A DNA stretch of 64,000 nt from Bdellovibrionales bacterium (GCA_964230645.1 CAXRHT010000001.1:800001-864000), one strand, 5' to 3'. Numbered from the stretch's first letter, positions 20,301 through 28,010 are shown. The notes: generated by a model from the sequence alone, not told the origin. Numbers and translations are program-made.

Positions 20301-21382
20301 TCGTTTTCTAAGTTAATATTACCAGCGGAATTAATCCCGTTGGTAACACCAATCCCACCCGAGACGGTAAGGTTGTTACCTATACTAGCATCTTGGCCCG
20401 CACTTAAATTATTGGTGGCAGAAATATTGTTGTTAGCTGAAATATCATTAGTATTTGAAATGTCTTGATTTCCCATGTTGATGGAACCAGTCATGGTTCC
20501 ACCTCCCAATGGGAGTTTATTCACATCGTTTATCACTTGCGAGTTCCACTGCGTGCCATCCCAGGTCAGGACTTCGCCATTCTGACCGGCACCAAGAGCA
20601 CCAAGATCCGCGGTATCGACCTGTTGTCCACCGATGTAGCTACGAGCATAGCCGACGTTCACAGCGTCGGAATCTGTAGCTGGGTTGGGATCCGCGAGAT
20701 TGACTATTTTTTGGTTGTTGTTGTCCACGTCTGCTGTTGGAGCGCCCGCTGTAAAACTCGTGCTTGTTCCATCAAGAAGAGCTTGTAGCTCTGTCCAATT
20801 GCTGTCGTTAAAAACAATCTCCATATTAGTTTGGCTAAGATTGAATCCAGGCCCGCTATTGACCTGAATAAAGTCACCGACTCCAAGGCCACTGATCGAA
20901 CTGGCATTGGTAGCGTAGGGAACGCTGACGATGTTGTGATCTTGAGCTAATGTCACAGGACCTGAGCCATCATTAAAAGTTATTCGTAACCGTCTTCCAT
21001 CATTGGGACTTGGAGCATAACTCCCACCCATGACACAAAGATCAGGGTTCACAGTGCCTGTGGAATTACTAAGCGCTGTCGCTAAGTTTGTCGTATCCTG
21101 ATATTGCGCCCCGGACTGCGTCCCTAAGCCTACTTCGATGGCAAAAATACCATTGGAGTTTGACATATTGAGGGTATGCTCCTCACGGTAGAGAATACAT
21201 TCCTCAGCCCCTGGTGAAATCAGCTCGATACGAAAATCAACATTAGAAGCCTCAAGCGCTTGTCCGTTGGGCTTTATAATCTGACCTTGATAAGTAAAGT
21301 TCTCTGGGCCAGAAAAGGCCAAAGAGGGAAGAAATAAGACAGAGCTTATTAGGAAAATAAAGATTCGGTCAGTAACGTGCAC
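14345..21382 (-). CDS. Large mosaic trimeric fibre adhesin (Bdellovibrio MAT / phage tail-fibre-like), 2345 aa
   Basis: Signal peptide; N-terminal YQGQIIKPNG..LE...CILYREE; about 13 GxVGIGTxxP repeats; GLTGGGDL and LPxxDG..GQxLQTxGxGVLSW fibre modules; no C-terminal S74 chaperone motif recognised. Confidence 0.85.
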   Translation of the reverse strand: MHVTDRIFIFLISSVLFLPSLAFSGPENFTYQGQIIKPNGQALEASNVDFRIELISPGAEECILYREEHTLNMSNSNGIFAIEVGLGTQSGAQYQDTTNLATALSNSTGTVNPDLCVMGGSYAPSPNDGRRLRITFNDGSGPVTLAQDHNIVSVPYATNASSISGLGVGDFIQVNSGPGFNLSQTNMEIVFNDSNWTELQALLDGTSTSFTAGAPTADVDNNNQKIVNLADPNPATDSDAVNVGYARSYIGGQQVDTADLGALGAGQNGEVLTWDGTQWNSQVINDVNKLPLGGGTMTGSINMGNQDISNTNDISANNNISATNNLSAGQDASIGNNLTVSGGIGVTNGINSAGNINLENESELQLAEATGNGSDYVSLHSPAALATTVNLILPDNDGDPGQYLQTDGSGVLSWQDVNAGVTQVFGRTGNVVATAGDYDADLITFDNTYGGDVDTATEVQGAIEELSTEKLAKSGDSMTGNLVMDLNGGVTTELRFQDTGTKYVGFQAPNTVNAVSSFVWTLPDDDGGAGQVLQTNGAGVLSWTSVAAESRSVTAGQGLTGGGDLSFDRTFDIGAGNGITVNADDIEVRAGTGISVDGTGVNVDVAGTADKLTSAVAADSLLIRDSEDAGNLKEITRSNFVLSQSEVGTFASNEGFLQNITGTELDNVFSTNGLLVRTGANTYTTVTNNSTDWDTAFSWGDHSAAGYLTAETQSLDDAYDNGSSVTVDSTDVVWNLTGTNNFQVQDNGTTSFIVDDNGNVGVGTTAPSSLLDIASAFPVFTLTDTDLNRRFRISHDSTVSTISNSTGTTATINISPTGGGGSLHNVGIFRDSNTSGSANFMIYRANGSNDVNHLLGKSDSYLAAFGGNVGIGSSSPLFKLDVDGDVRVQSGEIIGGGPGGINFRKSDSASDKLNLTDTTLTSISGDLNLATDTFGTALTVGRTSGSVGIGTTTPTSQLQVAGGVQIGDDLALCDGTKAGTLKYSGSSVSYCDGASWEAFGTAAGGEVNDGANVGTGEGVFKAKNGLNLEFKSIGSANGKIAVSSDTDNVTLTIDESAFDPTAIPVGTTPLTATTLQAALVELEAAKVSTTRSIASGAGLTGGGDLTSDRTLAVGAGNGINVNADDIEVVGGDAITVDGTGVNVDITNETAESTVAPGDELLIFDTSAGGLRKMTRDNFVRSASEINSLLSSSGYIMDGGNTEAAAVTIGTNDSFALNFETNNSTAMTILNNGNVGIGTTVPSGEFHLSGNGTDAFLESYGANGVGLHLLSTDTGGRDYELFSSGSGNSVGAGKFTLFDGTAGEVRLLMDETGNIGIGTTTPTQRLEVAGAMRIQPSTLPGTPDAGVLAVDTSDSNKLKFYDGSTWIEASGGTDFLPLAGGQMTGDINLANQYINGTGSTTYGLNFSNSNNAEFRGQSGGGYGITIDNTSGGGSSFRFLQFEYSGNTMGQIAVANEGSASNTAMRFVTRSAGSTSEKMRIASSGYLGIGTTAPERLLHVDGAMRITPAALPGTGAAGDLAIDSADFNKLKYYDGSSWVEAGGSGGGGDILNGGNSLSAPVTVGTNDAQDLNLETNNTTAINIDSTQNINFEGNAYLYDFLYGSNSGNYLRMGNSSGVGGATLFSANDYVELRTNNTADVRFTTNNTERMRVTSNGNVGIGTTNPDQLLTISDVNPTFRFDRSGANFDVELAASGGGDFTISGGADGTGGALTEYFRIRGGSGAVGIGTSAPVVELDVHTGRINAAEICDEDNSNCIDLSDGISGGSLWTDNAGDISYTSGNVGIGTSAPGSAFEIVTSNSTDLMTIQSTNNFGWSSIDFMASNNAHAGWVGYGNASAPSQTGQMYIEASGTGEIAFWNDNTQRMVIDGSGNVGIGTTSPGDILDVAGNIRAQQLCDETGANCKDISTGWASGGDFLADGSVPMTGALQAVGGSAGAPGLTFDGDEDTGFFNSADGVIRYSSNGTQRWVFSSSDFYSANVTGAYLRYNGSSSASTPLYTIRTDTDTGLYMSAADTVGLATGGVGRLQIDSSGRVGIGTTAPREALDVHGKLTIGDSAGGDAGIAYFSRGSDGNETVKLGYLNASEDNEFQFYHSGGDGYFSWYTNDSAVEEQMRLDNQGRLGIGTSAPDKKLHVYADGEVAVIAERAGAGSNVLQLRTTNPSGVGANGSGNQLQFAAETATEGVVESLGNFRFVMTDATAGSIDSAVSIVNYDNGAPQIPFSINSTGEVGIGTTSPVGKLDVAGQVRSVNSSGSSEVNTTATVDWDNGNAQTMNVDCDTTTFSNMLDGGTYILAVSETGTSQCDFSQTGLTFFFSPANGPRESGTRTVYTFQRIGSDVYVSWIKGFQ

Positions 21383-21577
21383 AATGACCTATCGGAGCAT
21401 TGAAATAGACATAAAGGGAATTGAGCTAATTTATTGAAAAAACACGGTTGTTCGAAAATTAGTGTTCAACGATGATACACTCTGTTTTTAAATGAAAGCT
21501 ATTGAATGTAAACTGCAGGGAGAATATTAATTCTCCCTATCGACATTCCCAATATGAAACATCTTTATAAAGACGGA

Positions 21578-23254
21578 TCACTCACCCTCACAGATCGGTA
21601 AGCTAAGAGTTTCTATTCGAGGAAAAGTTTCTAGGGCTTGTTCGTTCTCCATTTCCATCAGACGATCAGAGTGTCTTTGTTGAAACATTCTAAAAGCACT
21701 TTCTGCTCTGCGGGCTCGGAAACATTCCATACTTGAGGTGTTTGACCTTACAAGCAACGCCAAACATTGATCCATACTCGAAAACTTTTCATCACGAACT
21801 TCTCTGTAACGTGTCACCAAAGACTCAGGCAGTCTCTGCATTCGACCGATGTATCTACCCTCTTCTAAATTGTATTCAAAATTGTATATGAGACTTTTTA
21901 ATTCTCCAGGAACTTGCAGACGCCCCCGCTCGTCAATTTCAAAGTTTGAACGATCACTGGTTATGATGGGAATTTCAAGGGAAAATTCGGTATCGCTTGT
22001 CTCTCGCGGGTGGACACACCTCGGGAAAAAAGGAAAAGCTTGTTTTAACATTTCACCATCGCCATAACGAGCGTAGCGCAGAACTAAATCTCTTGTCTCG
22101 ACTGGCAATTCACCAAGATCTTCTTCAAAAGACTCACGCCCATACTGATCAAGGAAATTGTTCGAATTGGGAACAGACCATCTCACCGAGGGCTGCTCGA
22201 TCGTTTTATTTTCCACAAGAGCCATGGTCTCCTCGGAGGTCTCAACCGAATTAATAAACACTGTCACTAAATAAAGGAGGAGATTGGTAAACTGATCTCT
22301 AGTTTCAAAGTCACAAAAAGGACCTGGATCAGAGTTAAATTCGCTAAGACATGAGAGGCTTGTTCCTCCGGCCCATTTGTTCTCAACAAGGGCTGATGAA
22401 TTTCCGAAGGCCAAATGTTTTAATGAGTCTTTTTGAGCGTAGCTAATAACTCCTGAAAGCTTACCGTCGTCTTTGTATATGCCCGAGCCGGAATTCCCGC
22501 CGATCACTTCATGGTCACAAGTTCCTCCAAAGATATTGGATTGGGGATGAAAGTAACCAATGATCATGGCGTGGCTCATGCTGGTCTCGCAATTTACCTT
22601 TTTAATAATTCCCTCACCGATATCATAGTCTCGATTGTTTAAAAAAACTGAAGATTGGGTGTAGTAAGTGGGATAAATATTGAAAGACGTTTTATTGGGA
22701 AGTCCCGAAATATCTTTTTCCGGGAAAGGACGGTTCACTGAACTTTCTAATTCAATAATCGCCCAGTCCGGGTGAGAGACCTCATCATCCGGATAGCGCG
22801 CCGATAAAGACAGAACTTTTTGACAGCGCACATCCTGAGCCCCATGAAAGTTTGTTTCTGGAAACTTGATCATAATTTTTGCAGAGCAATCAGCACCTTC
22901 GTAAGCAATACTACTCGGTATACAATGTCTATTGGTCAGCACTTTATTGTTTGCAATGAGTTGGGTGGAGCAAAAACCAATATTATAGTTGGTCGTCGAT
23001 CCAAAAAAGTAACCTTGATTTTCGCTTTCATCAGCCATGACTAAACTGGCAATATGGGCTGGGCACTGGCTTTTATCTTCACATTGAACCGTGGTGTGCT
23101 TATAGGCCACTTCCGCCTCGGACTTCTCATCAAATGTCATATTGTTTATATAGGGCGAATGACTACCATCTTTTTGGCAAGAGACGATAACGCTGAAAAA
23201 CGCAAGAAGACACAACGGAACGAATGACTTTTTTAGCATAGATGACAACTCCAA
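21578..23254 (-). CDS. Lipoprotein trypsin-like serine protease with C-terminal extension
   Basis: Lipobox IVSC; TNRHC, PDWAI, GNSGSG. Confidence 0.82.
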   Translation of the reverse strand: MELSSMLKKSFVPLCLLAFFSVIVSCQKDGSHSPYINNMTFDEKSEAEVAYKHTTVQCEDKSQCPAHIASLVMADESENQGYFFGSTTNYNIGFCSTQLIANNKVLTNRHCIPSSIAYEGADCSAKIMIKFPETNFHGAQDVRCQKVLSLSARYPDDEVSHPDWAIIELESSVNRPFPEKDISGLPNKTSFNIYPTYYTQSSVFLNNRDYDIGEGIIKKVNCETSMSHAMIIGYFHPQSNIFGGTCDHEVIGGNSGSGIYKDDGKLSGVISYAQKDSLKHLAFGNSSALVENKWAGGTSLSCLSEFNSDPGPFCDFETRDQFTNLLLYLVTVFINSVETSEETMALVENKTIEQPSVRWSVPNSNNFLDQYGRESFEEDLGELPVETRDLVLRYARYGDGEMLKQAFPFFPRCVHPRETSDTEFSLEIPIITSDRSNFEIDERGRLQVPGELKSLIYNFEYNLEEGRYIGRMQRLPESLVTRYREVRDEKFSSMDQCLALLVRSNTSSMECFRARRAESAFRMFQQRHSDRLMEMENEQALETFPRIETLSLPICEGE

Positions 23255-23467
23255 TATTTTATCCCTTACAGTTTCAAATATCGTTCCAATTTTTTAAGAA
23301 ATTATGACCCTATTTCAGGGACTTACTGGGTATTGGGGCTGTCGATAAAAGAAGAATGACATTTTTGGCAGACCACTGTGGATACTATGGTCACCCTCAA
23401 ATTTCTTTAGGCTTTTTTACTAAAGTTCCGTTCGAGCCACGATCCCCATGTTTCAATTTATAATAAT

Positions 23468-23645
23468 TCTCGTAAGGGCTCTTGTGAGCGTGACGCGTTT
23501 TCGCCCGAAGGGCGAAACACAAGCAAGGCATGGATGCCGGCCCTGTCGAGATTTATTATAAATGGAAGCATGGGGAGCCGAGGACTTCGAACGAAGCTCG
23601 ATAGGTCCTTCGGCTTCGCCTCAGGACGGCAAACAGAGCTCAGAA
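23468..23645. repeat. Composite intergenic palindromic element
   Basis: Nested hairpins (TTTCGCCC-GAA-GGGCGAAA; GGCAT-GG-ATGCC; GTCCT..GGC-TTC-GCC..AGGAC); shares AGGWCTTCGAACGAAGCTCG with 38381-38400. Confidence 0.65.
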
Positions 23646-23679
23646 CGACAAATGAAGCTCAGGCCTGCATTTCTGAAAT

Positions 23680-23714
23680 AAAAAAAGACCTCACTTTTAA
23701 GTCAGGCCTTTTTT
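23680..23714 (-). terminator. Rho-independent terminator after the HIT-mce-rhomboid-hypothetical block
   Basis: Minus strand GGCCT GAC..GTG AGGTC followed by T7. Confidence 0.55.
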
Positions 23715-23737
23715 AATATCTGTTTGTTTAACTTAAT

Positions 23738-24013
23738 TTAAAATCCCGAACCAAAGGGGTCGGTGTTTGGTGGCGTGCCAGTTGAGGCCTGTTCTTCGTT
23801 GGTGGAGGCTGGGTGTGATTCACCATTCATGGATTCATTGGATGAGTCAGACTCTTCCACTAACTCAATTTTCTCAGCATTGTTTTCAAGGTCAGAAAGC
23901 TGACTCAGGTATTGATTGTATTGGTCTTGGGTTAAAGAGCCGTTTTTCATATTGATCTCTAGAAGTCGTTTATCAAATCTCAATAAGTCCATCTGCTTCT
24001 GTAGATACGACAT
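23738..24013 (-). CDS. Small conserved-looking hypothetical protein
   Basis: GAGGAG RBS; FDKRLLE.N...G.......QYL..L.D.E motif; operonic position. Confidence 0.75.
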   Translation of the reverse strand: MSYLQKQMDLLRFDKRLLEINMKNGSLTQDQYNQYLSQLSDLENNAEKIELVEESDSSNESMNGESHPASTNEEQASTGTPPNTDPFGSGF

Positions 24014-24027
24014 AATTTACTCCTCTT

Positions 24028-24807
24028 TCAGTTCCAGTATTTAGGACCCTCTGAATCGTCCTCTTTCTTGTCATTGTTTACCACTAATCTCAGATTCCGT
24101 CTAGTTCTGGACTTTTTCGCCCCTCTCCAGCGTTTTTGCTGAAAACGGGTCCATCCAACCAAATAGATATAACCCGTCACTAGGCCCCCTATATGGGCCA
24201 TATTGGCCACTCCAGAGCCTCCCATACCATCACTTACGAGGGTAACCACCTCAATTCCGGCTATGACGAGAATAAATATTTTAGCTTTCATGGGGAATAC
24301 ACCCATCAAATAGATGACTCGGTCACCAAAAAGAATGCCGTAAGCTAGTAAGATTCCAAAAACAGCCCCGGAGGCCCCAAGCACCGGTATTCGGTAAACA
24401 AGTGGCTCCTCGCCTTGGATCAAGCCCCAGGCCACAACGGTCACAAAATAAATGGCTGCAGCCCCCACTCCACAAATAAAGTAATAGGATAGAAAGCTTT
24501 TAGCCCCCCAACGGTACTCTAGCTCTGAGCCAAAAAACCACAGGGAAACCATATTGAGTAGCACATGGAAGATGTTCACCGAGTGCAAAAACATATAGGT
24601 GACCGGCTGCCAAACAAAAAAGTTTTCAAGAAAGTATTTGGGGGTGAAGCTTAGAAACTGAGTGATATAGGCCTCTGAGAAAACAAGCCTCTCGAGGATC
24701 AACTGCAGGAAAAACCAAATTCCCACATTCACTATAATCAGTCTCTTTACCCAAGGGCTGATCGGTATGGGTTGCAATTGAACAGGTCCTCCCCCTGGTC
24801 CTCTCAT
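24028..24807 (-). CDS. Rhomboid family intramembrane serine protease
   Basis: WQPVTYMFLH, GASG, AHIGG motifs; multiple TMs. Confidence 0.93.
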   Translation of the reverse strand: MRGPGGGPVQLQPIPISPWVKRLIIVNVGIWFFLQLILERLVFSEAYITQFLSFTPKYFLENFFVWQPVTYMFLHSVNIFHVLLNMVSLWFFGSELEYRWGAKSFLSYYFICGVGAAAIYFVTVVAWGLIQGEEPLVYRIPVLGASGAVFGILLAYGILFGDRVIYLMGVFPMKAKIFILVIAGIEVVTLVSDGMGGSGVANMAHIGGLVTGYIYLVGWTRFQQKRWRGAKKSRTRRNLRLVVNNDKKEDDSEGPKYWN

Positions 24808-25214
24808 GATGAAGCCTTTTCACTGAGTTCAACAAGAACACCACCAGTGCTCTTTGGGTGAATAAAAACAACTCGGCAATTATGAGCCCCAGGTCTTGGT
24901 TCCTCGTTGATTAAGCGAATCCCTTTTTCCTTAAGGGTAGCAACTAATGCATCAATGCCTTCCACACGGAAGCAAATGTGATGAATTCCAGGCCCGCGCT
25001 TATCAAGAAATTTTGCAATGGGGCTTTCGTCACTTGTAGGCTCTAAGAGTTCCACCGTGGCTTCATTATCCGTTTTAAAAAAACCAACTTTCACTTTTTC
25101 GGTGGGAACTTCCTCCACTCCTCCATCGGGAAGACCAAGAAGTTTAAAGAAATTCGCTTCATCCAAAGAAGGAGTGGCGACTCCGATATGATCTAATTTG
25201 ATTTTAAACGACAC
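24804..25214 (-). CDS. mce: Methylmalonyl-CoA epimerase
   Basis: DHIGVA, ELLEP, KRGPGIHHIC, FIHPKSTGGVLVEL. Confidence 0.92.
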   Translation of the reverse strand: MSFKIKLDHIGVATPSLDEANFFKLLGLPDGGVEEVPTEKVKVGFFKTDNEATVELLEPTSDESPIAKFLDKRGPGIHHICFRVEGIDALVATLKEKGIRLINEEPRPGAHNCRVVFIHPKSTGGVLVELSEKASS

Positions 25215-25767
25215 CTTTTTTCTCCAGTTTTTCGAAATGAGGTTTCAGTTGATTGTAACTGTGCTCGGTGGTCTCAACAACCAGTTTTGTCTGAGCGATC
25301 AGAGGGAAAAAGTTGGTATCTCCTCCCCACCGAGGGATAATATGCTGATGAATATGATCAGGAATCCCCGCTCCGGCAACCCGGCCAAGGTTCATCCCAA
25401 GGTTGAATCCATGAGGATTATAAACCTTCTTCAAAATCTTGATCGAGTGCTTAGTAAGAAGCTGTAATTTCTCAAGCTCCTTATCAGTGAGCTTATCATA
25501 ATCCGCAATATGGCGTTTAGGCACAATTAATAAGTGCCCATTGTTATAGGGGTATTTATTGAGAATAATACTATGGCTGCGACTTTTAAAAAGAACAAGG
25601 CTTTCGGGATCGGAAGCTCTTTTCATAGCCTCACAAAAAACACACCCCTTAGGCTTAATCACTTTACGAACGTACTGAAGCCTATGAGGGCTCTCAATAA
25701 CATCACGCTCATCAGGCCAAATATCCGACTGCAATTTTCGAATGGACTTCTTCTTCTTTTTAGCCAT
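25204..25767 (-). CDS. HIT family hydrolase
   Basis: CVFC, NKYPYNNGH, GAGIPDHIHQHIIPRW. Confidence 0.92.
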   Translation of the reverse strand: MAKKKKKSIRKLQSDIWPDERDVIESPHRLQYVRKVIKPKGCVFCEAMKRASDPESLVLFKSRSHSIILNKYPYNNGHLLIVPKRHIADYDKLTDKELEKLQLLTKHSIKILKKVYNPHGFNLGMNLGRVAGAGIPDHIHQHIIPRWGGDTNFFPLIAQTKLVVETTEHSYNQLKPHFEKLEKKGVV

Positions 25768-25800
25768 AACACTCCGCTGCTGTTCGTTGGACTTCCTAGC

Positions 25801-25853
25801 GTCATCCTGAGTGCAACGAAGGATCTTAGGTCTTTCGCTTCGCTCAAGACGAC
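25801..25853. repeat. REP-like short palindromic element
   Basis: GTCATCCTGAGTGCAACGAAGGATCT-TAGGTCTTTCGCTTCGCTCAAGACGAC imperfect inverted repeat. Confidence 0.65.
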
Positions 25854-25977
25854 ATGTTTTAAACCCGAGACGGAAAACCCACCGGACAGCATGAAAACTT
25901 CCACAGTTTTCCCAACCATTCTAGAGGTTTAAACAAATATAAGCAACCCTGGGTTGTTTGGTAAAAGCGAATGAGAA

Positions 25978-26147
25978 CCCTTTGGTCGCTTGGATTTGAG
26001 GGGAAAGATCTTAAAAACCAAGCTCGAGCCGCGAGCGCTGCGTATCTCGGGCTGCGACATGAAATGGCGCAGTCCGGGAGACGAAGTGCACCCGTCGGCA
26101 TGCTTGGGTTTTAAGATCTTTCCCCTCAAATCCAAGCGACCAAAGGG
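25978..26147 (+). repeat. Long palindromic element, copy A (46-bp arms around a 78-nt core)
   Basis: Arms 25978-26023 and 26102-26147 complementary at 45/46; core matches 56965-57042 at 67/78. Confidence 0.9.
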
Positions 26148-26169
26148 CCCCCAATCTTCAATCAGGCAC

Positions 26170-26202
26170 AAAAAAACCCAGGCACTTACGGACCTGGGTT
26201 TT
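26170..26202 (-). terminator. rpsA terminator
   Basis: Minus strand AAAACCCAGG...CCTGGG TTTTTTT. Confidence 0.75.
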
Positions 26203-26228
26203 GTATTCTCCAAATGAGAGAGGACAAC

Positions 26229-28010
26229 TTAGTTTTGGTTGTCTCCACTTTGTTGAAGATCTTTAAGTTGGTCGGCAAACAAGTCACCGATTGTGGCGTT
26301 AGGTTTCGCCGTTTTCTTTTGGTACTCAGAAACGTCCGCGTTTTGCTCACGAAGAGTGGCCAAACGAGCACTGAGTCCGACTTTACGAGCATCTTGGTCG
26401 ATACTGATAACTTCGGCTTTGATCGTGTCACCCACTTTGCAAACTTCCTCAGGAGAATTGATTCTCTTAGTGGAAAGCTCACTAATGTGAACAAGGCCTT
26501 CGATGTCTTCAGCCAGCTCTACGAACACACCAAAGTCAGCGATCTTAGTGACCTTAACTTCATGCATAGTTCCGATCTGGAATTTCTGATCAACAACAGA
26601 CCAAGGATCCGCATCGAGTTGTTTGATACCAAGACTGAATCTCTCGTTTTCAATATCAACACCGAGAACAACCGCACGAACATTGTCGCCTTTAGTGAAC
26701 ATCTCTGAAGGATGATTCACGCGCTTTGTCCAAGAGAAGTCAGAAATGTGAACCATTCCATCGATCCCTTCTTCGATTCCGATAAAGACACCAAAGTCAG
26801 TGATTGATTTAACTTCACCCTCAATGATTGTTCCTGGAGGATAAGCCTCTTTAAGCTCATTCCAAGGATTGGGTTGAAGTTGCTTCATACCCAGACTGAT
26901 TCTTCTGTTTTCTTCGTCAAGAGCAAGAACTTGCACTTCCACTTCGTCGCCAACATTGACGAGTTGTGAAGGATGCTTCACTCGTTTTGTCCAGCTCATT
27001 TCACTGACGTGAATAAGTCCTTCAACACCTTCACCAACGTCGATAAATGCACCGTACTCAGTGAGGCTCACAACTTTACCAGTGATCTGAGAACCAACAG
27101 GGAATTTTTCCGCTGTGTCTTCCCAAGGATCTTCTGTGAGCTGCTTAAGACCAAGGCTGACACGCTCTTTTTCTGTGTCATACTTAAGAACCATGACTTC
27201 GATCTCATCACCCACTTCAATCACTTCAGAAGGATGTTTGATACGAGCCCAGCTCATATCGGTGATGTGAAGAAGACCGTCGATTCCACCAAGATCGATA
27301 AAGGCTCCGTAATCGGTCACGTTTTTCACGATACCAGTTACAGTGCTTCCCTCTTTCATTTGATCTTTTGTTTGAGATCTGAGGTTTTCTCTTTCTTCTT
27401 CAAGAAGAGCACGTCTTGAAAGAACGATGTTTCCACGTTTCTTGTTAAACTTAATCACTTTGAATTTTAATTTCTTACCAATGTAGGCATCCATATTGCG
27501 CACAGGGCGAAGATCAATTTGGCTTCCTGGCAAGAAGGCTTTCACACCGATATCAACACTGAGTCCACCTTTAACCTTTGAGATTACGGTTCCTTCAATG
27601 TGTTCTTCATTTTCTGCGGCTCTAGAAATATCTGTCCAAGCGCGCATCATATCGGCTTTTTCTTTTGATAAAACAATCATTCCATTGTCGTTTTCAATTT
27701 TATCAACGTAGACTTCGACCTCGTCGCCCGGCTGGATGGCATCTGTGCCCTCAACAACGCGGAACTCACTCATAGGAATAAGGCCTTCAGATTTATAGTT
27801 AATATCAACGAGAACATAGTCTGGCTGAACTTCTACGATACTCCCCTTAACGATATCTCCGGGGCGTACTTCGTTCTCTTTCACTTCATCTTCAAAAAGT
27901 TGAGCGAACTCACCGGACTTTTTAGGGTCATCAGCTTCCTCTTCATTGAAGAGTCGAAGAATTTCTAATTCTTCCTTTTGTTTTTTGGTTAGATTGTCTT
28001 GTTTATTCAT
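26229..28010 (-). CDS. rpsA: 30S ribosomal protein S1
   Basis: Six S1 repeats (AFLPGSQID, DYGAFIDLGGIDGLLHITDMSW, EGLIHVSEMSW). Confidence 0.98.
   Translation of the reverse strand: MNKQDNLTKKQKEELEILRLFNEEEADDPKKSGEFAQLFEDEVKENEVRPGDIVKGSIVEVQPDYVLVDINYKSEGLIPMSEFRVVEGTDAIQPGDEVEVYVDKIENDNGMIVLSKEKADMMRAWTDISRAAENEEHIEGTVISKVKGGLSVDIGVKAFLPGSQIDLRPVRNMDAYIGKKLKFKVIKFNKKRGNIVLSRRALLEEERENLRSQTKDQMKEGSTVTGIVKNVTDYGAFIDLGGIDGLLHITDMSWARIKHPSEVIEVGDEIEVMVLKYDTEKERVSLGLKQLTEDPWEDTAEKFPVGSQITGKVVSLTEYGAFIDVGEGVEGLIHVSEMSWTKRVKHPSQLVNVGDEVEVQVLALDEENRRISLGMKQLQPNPWNELKEAYPPGTIIEGEVKSITDFGVFIGIEEGIDGMVHISDFSWTKRVNHPSEMFTKGDNVRAVVLGVDIENERFSLGIKQLDADPWSVVDQKFQIGTMHEVKVTKIADFGVFVELAEDIEGLVHISELSTKRINSPEEVCKVGDTIKAEVISIDQDARKVGLSARLATLREQNADVSEYQKKTAKPNATIGDLFADQLKDLQQSGDNQN

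Noticed and set aside
15707..20907. Many short ORFs antisense to or nested in the fibre gene (e.g. 17826..18416, 19476..19865)
   Set aside because: Shadow ORFs from biased Gly/Thr/Ser/Asn codon usage; no independent motifs.
14345..21382. Prophage tail fibre or diversity-generating retroelement target
   Set aside because: It has a Sec signal, with no phage genes, reverse transcriptase or adenine-variable template repeat nearby.
23563..23600. tRNA or tmRNA 3' end (GTTCGA...CCA on the minus strand; also 38363-38400)
   Set aside because: Spacing from the T-loop to CCA is wrong and there is no cloverleaf upstream; treated as a repeat module.
25978..26147. CRISPR array, IS ends or retron msr-msd
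   Set aside because: No direct-repeat/spacer periodicity, and no transposase, Cas gene, reverse transcriptase or obvious target-site duplication in the window.
25534..26217. ORFs across the palindromes (25659..25919, 25859..26101, 25929..26213, 25990..26217; likewise 38301..38570 and 56798..57082)
   Set aside because: Their mutual similarity (HADGC.SSPGL.HF..QP.IR.ARGSSL) is explained by the DNA repeat; substitutions preserve base-pairing; no convincing RBS.
26186..27711. ORFs overlapping rpsA in other frames or on the opposite strand
   Set aside because: Typical shadows of a highly expressed gene.
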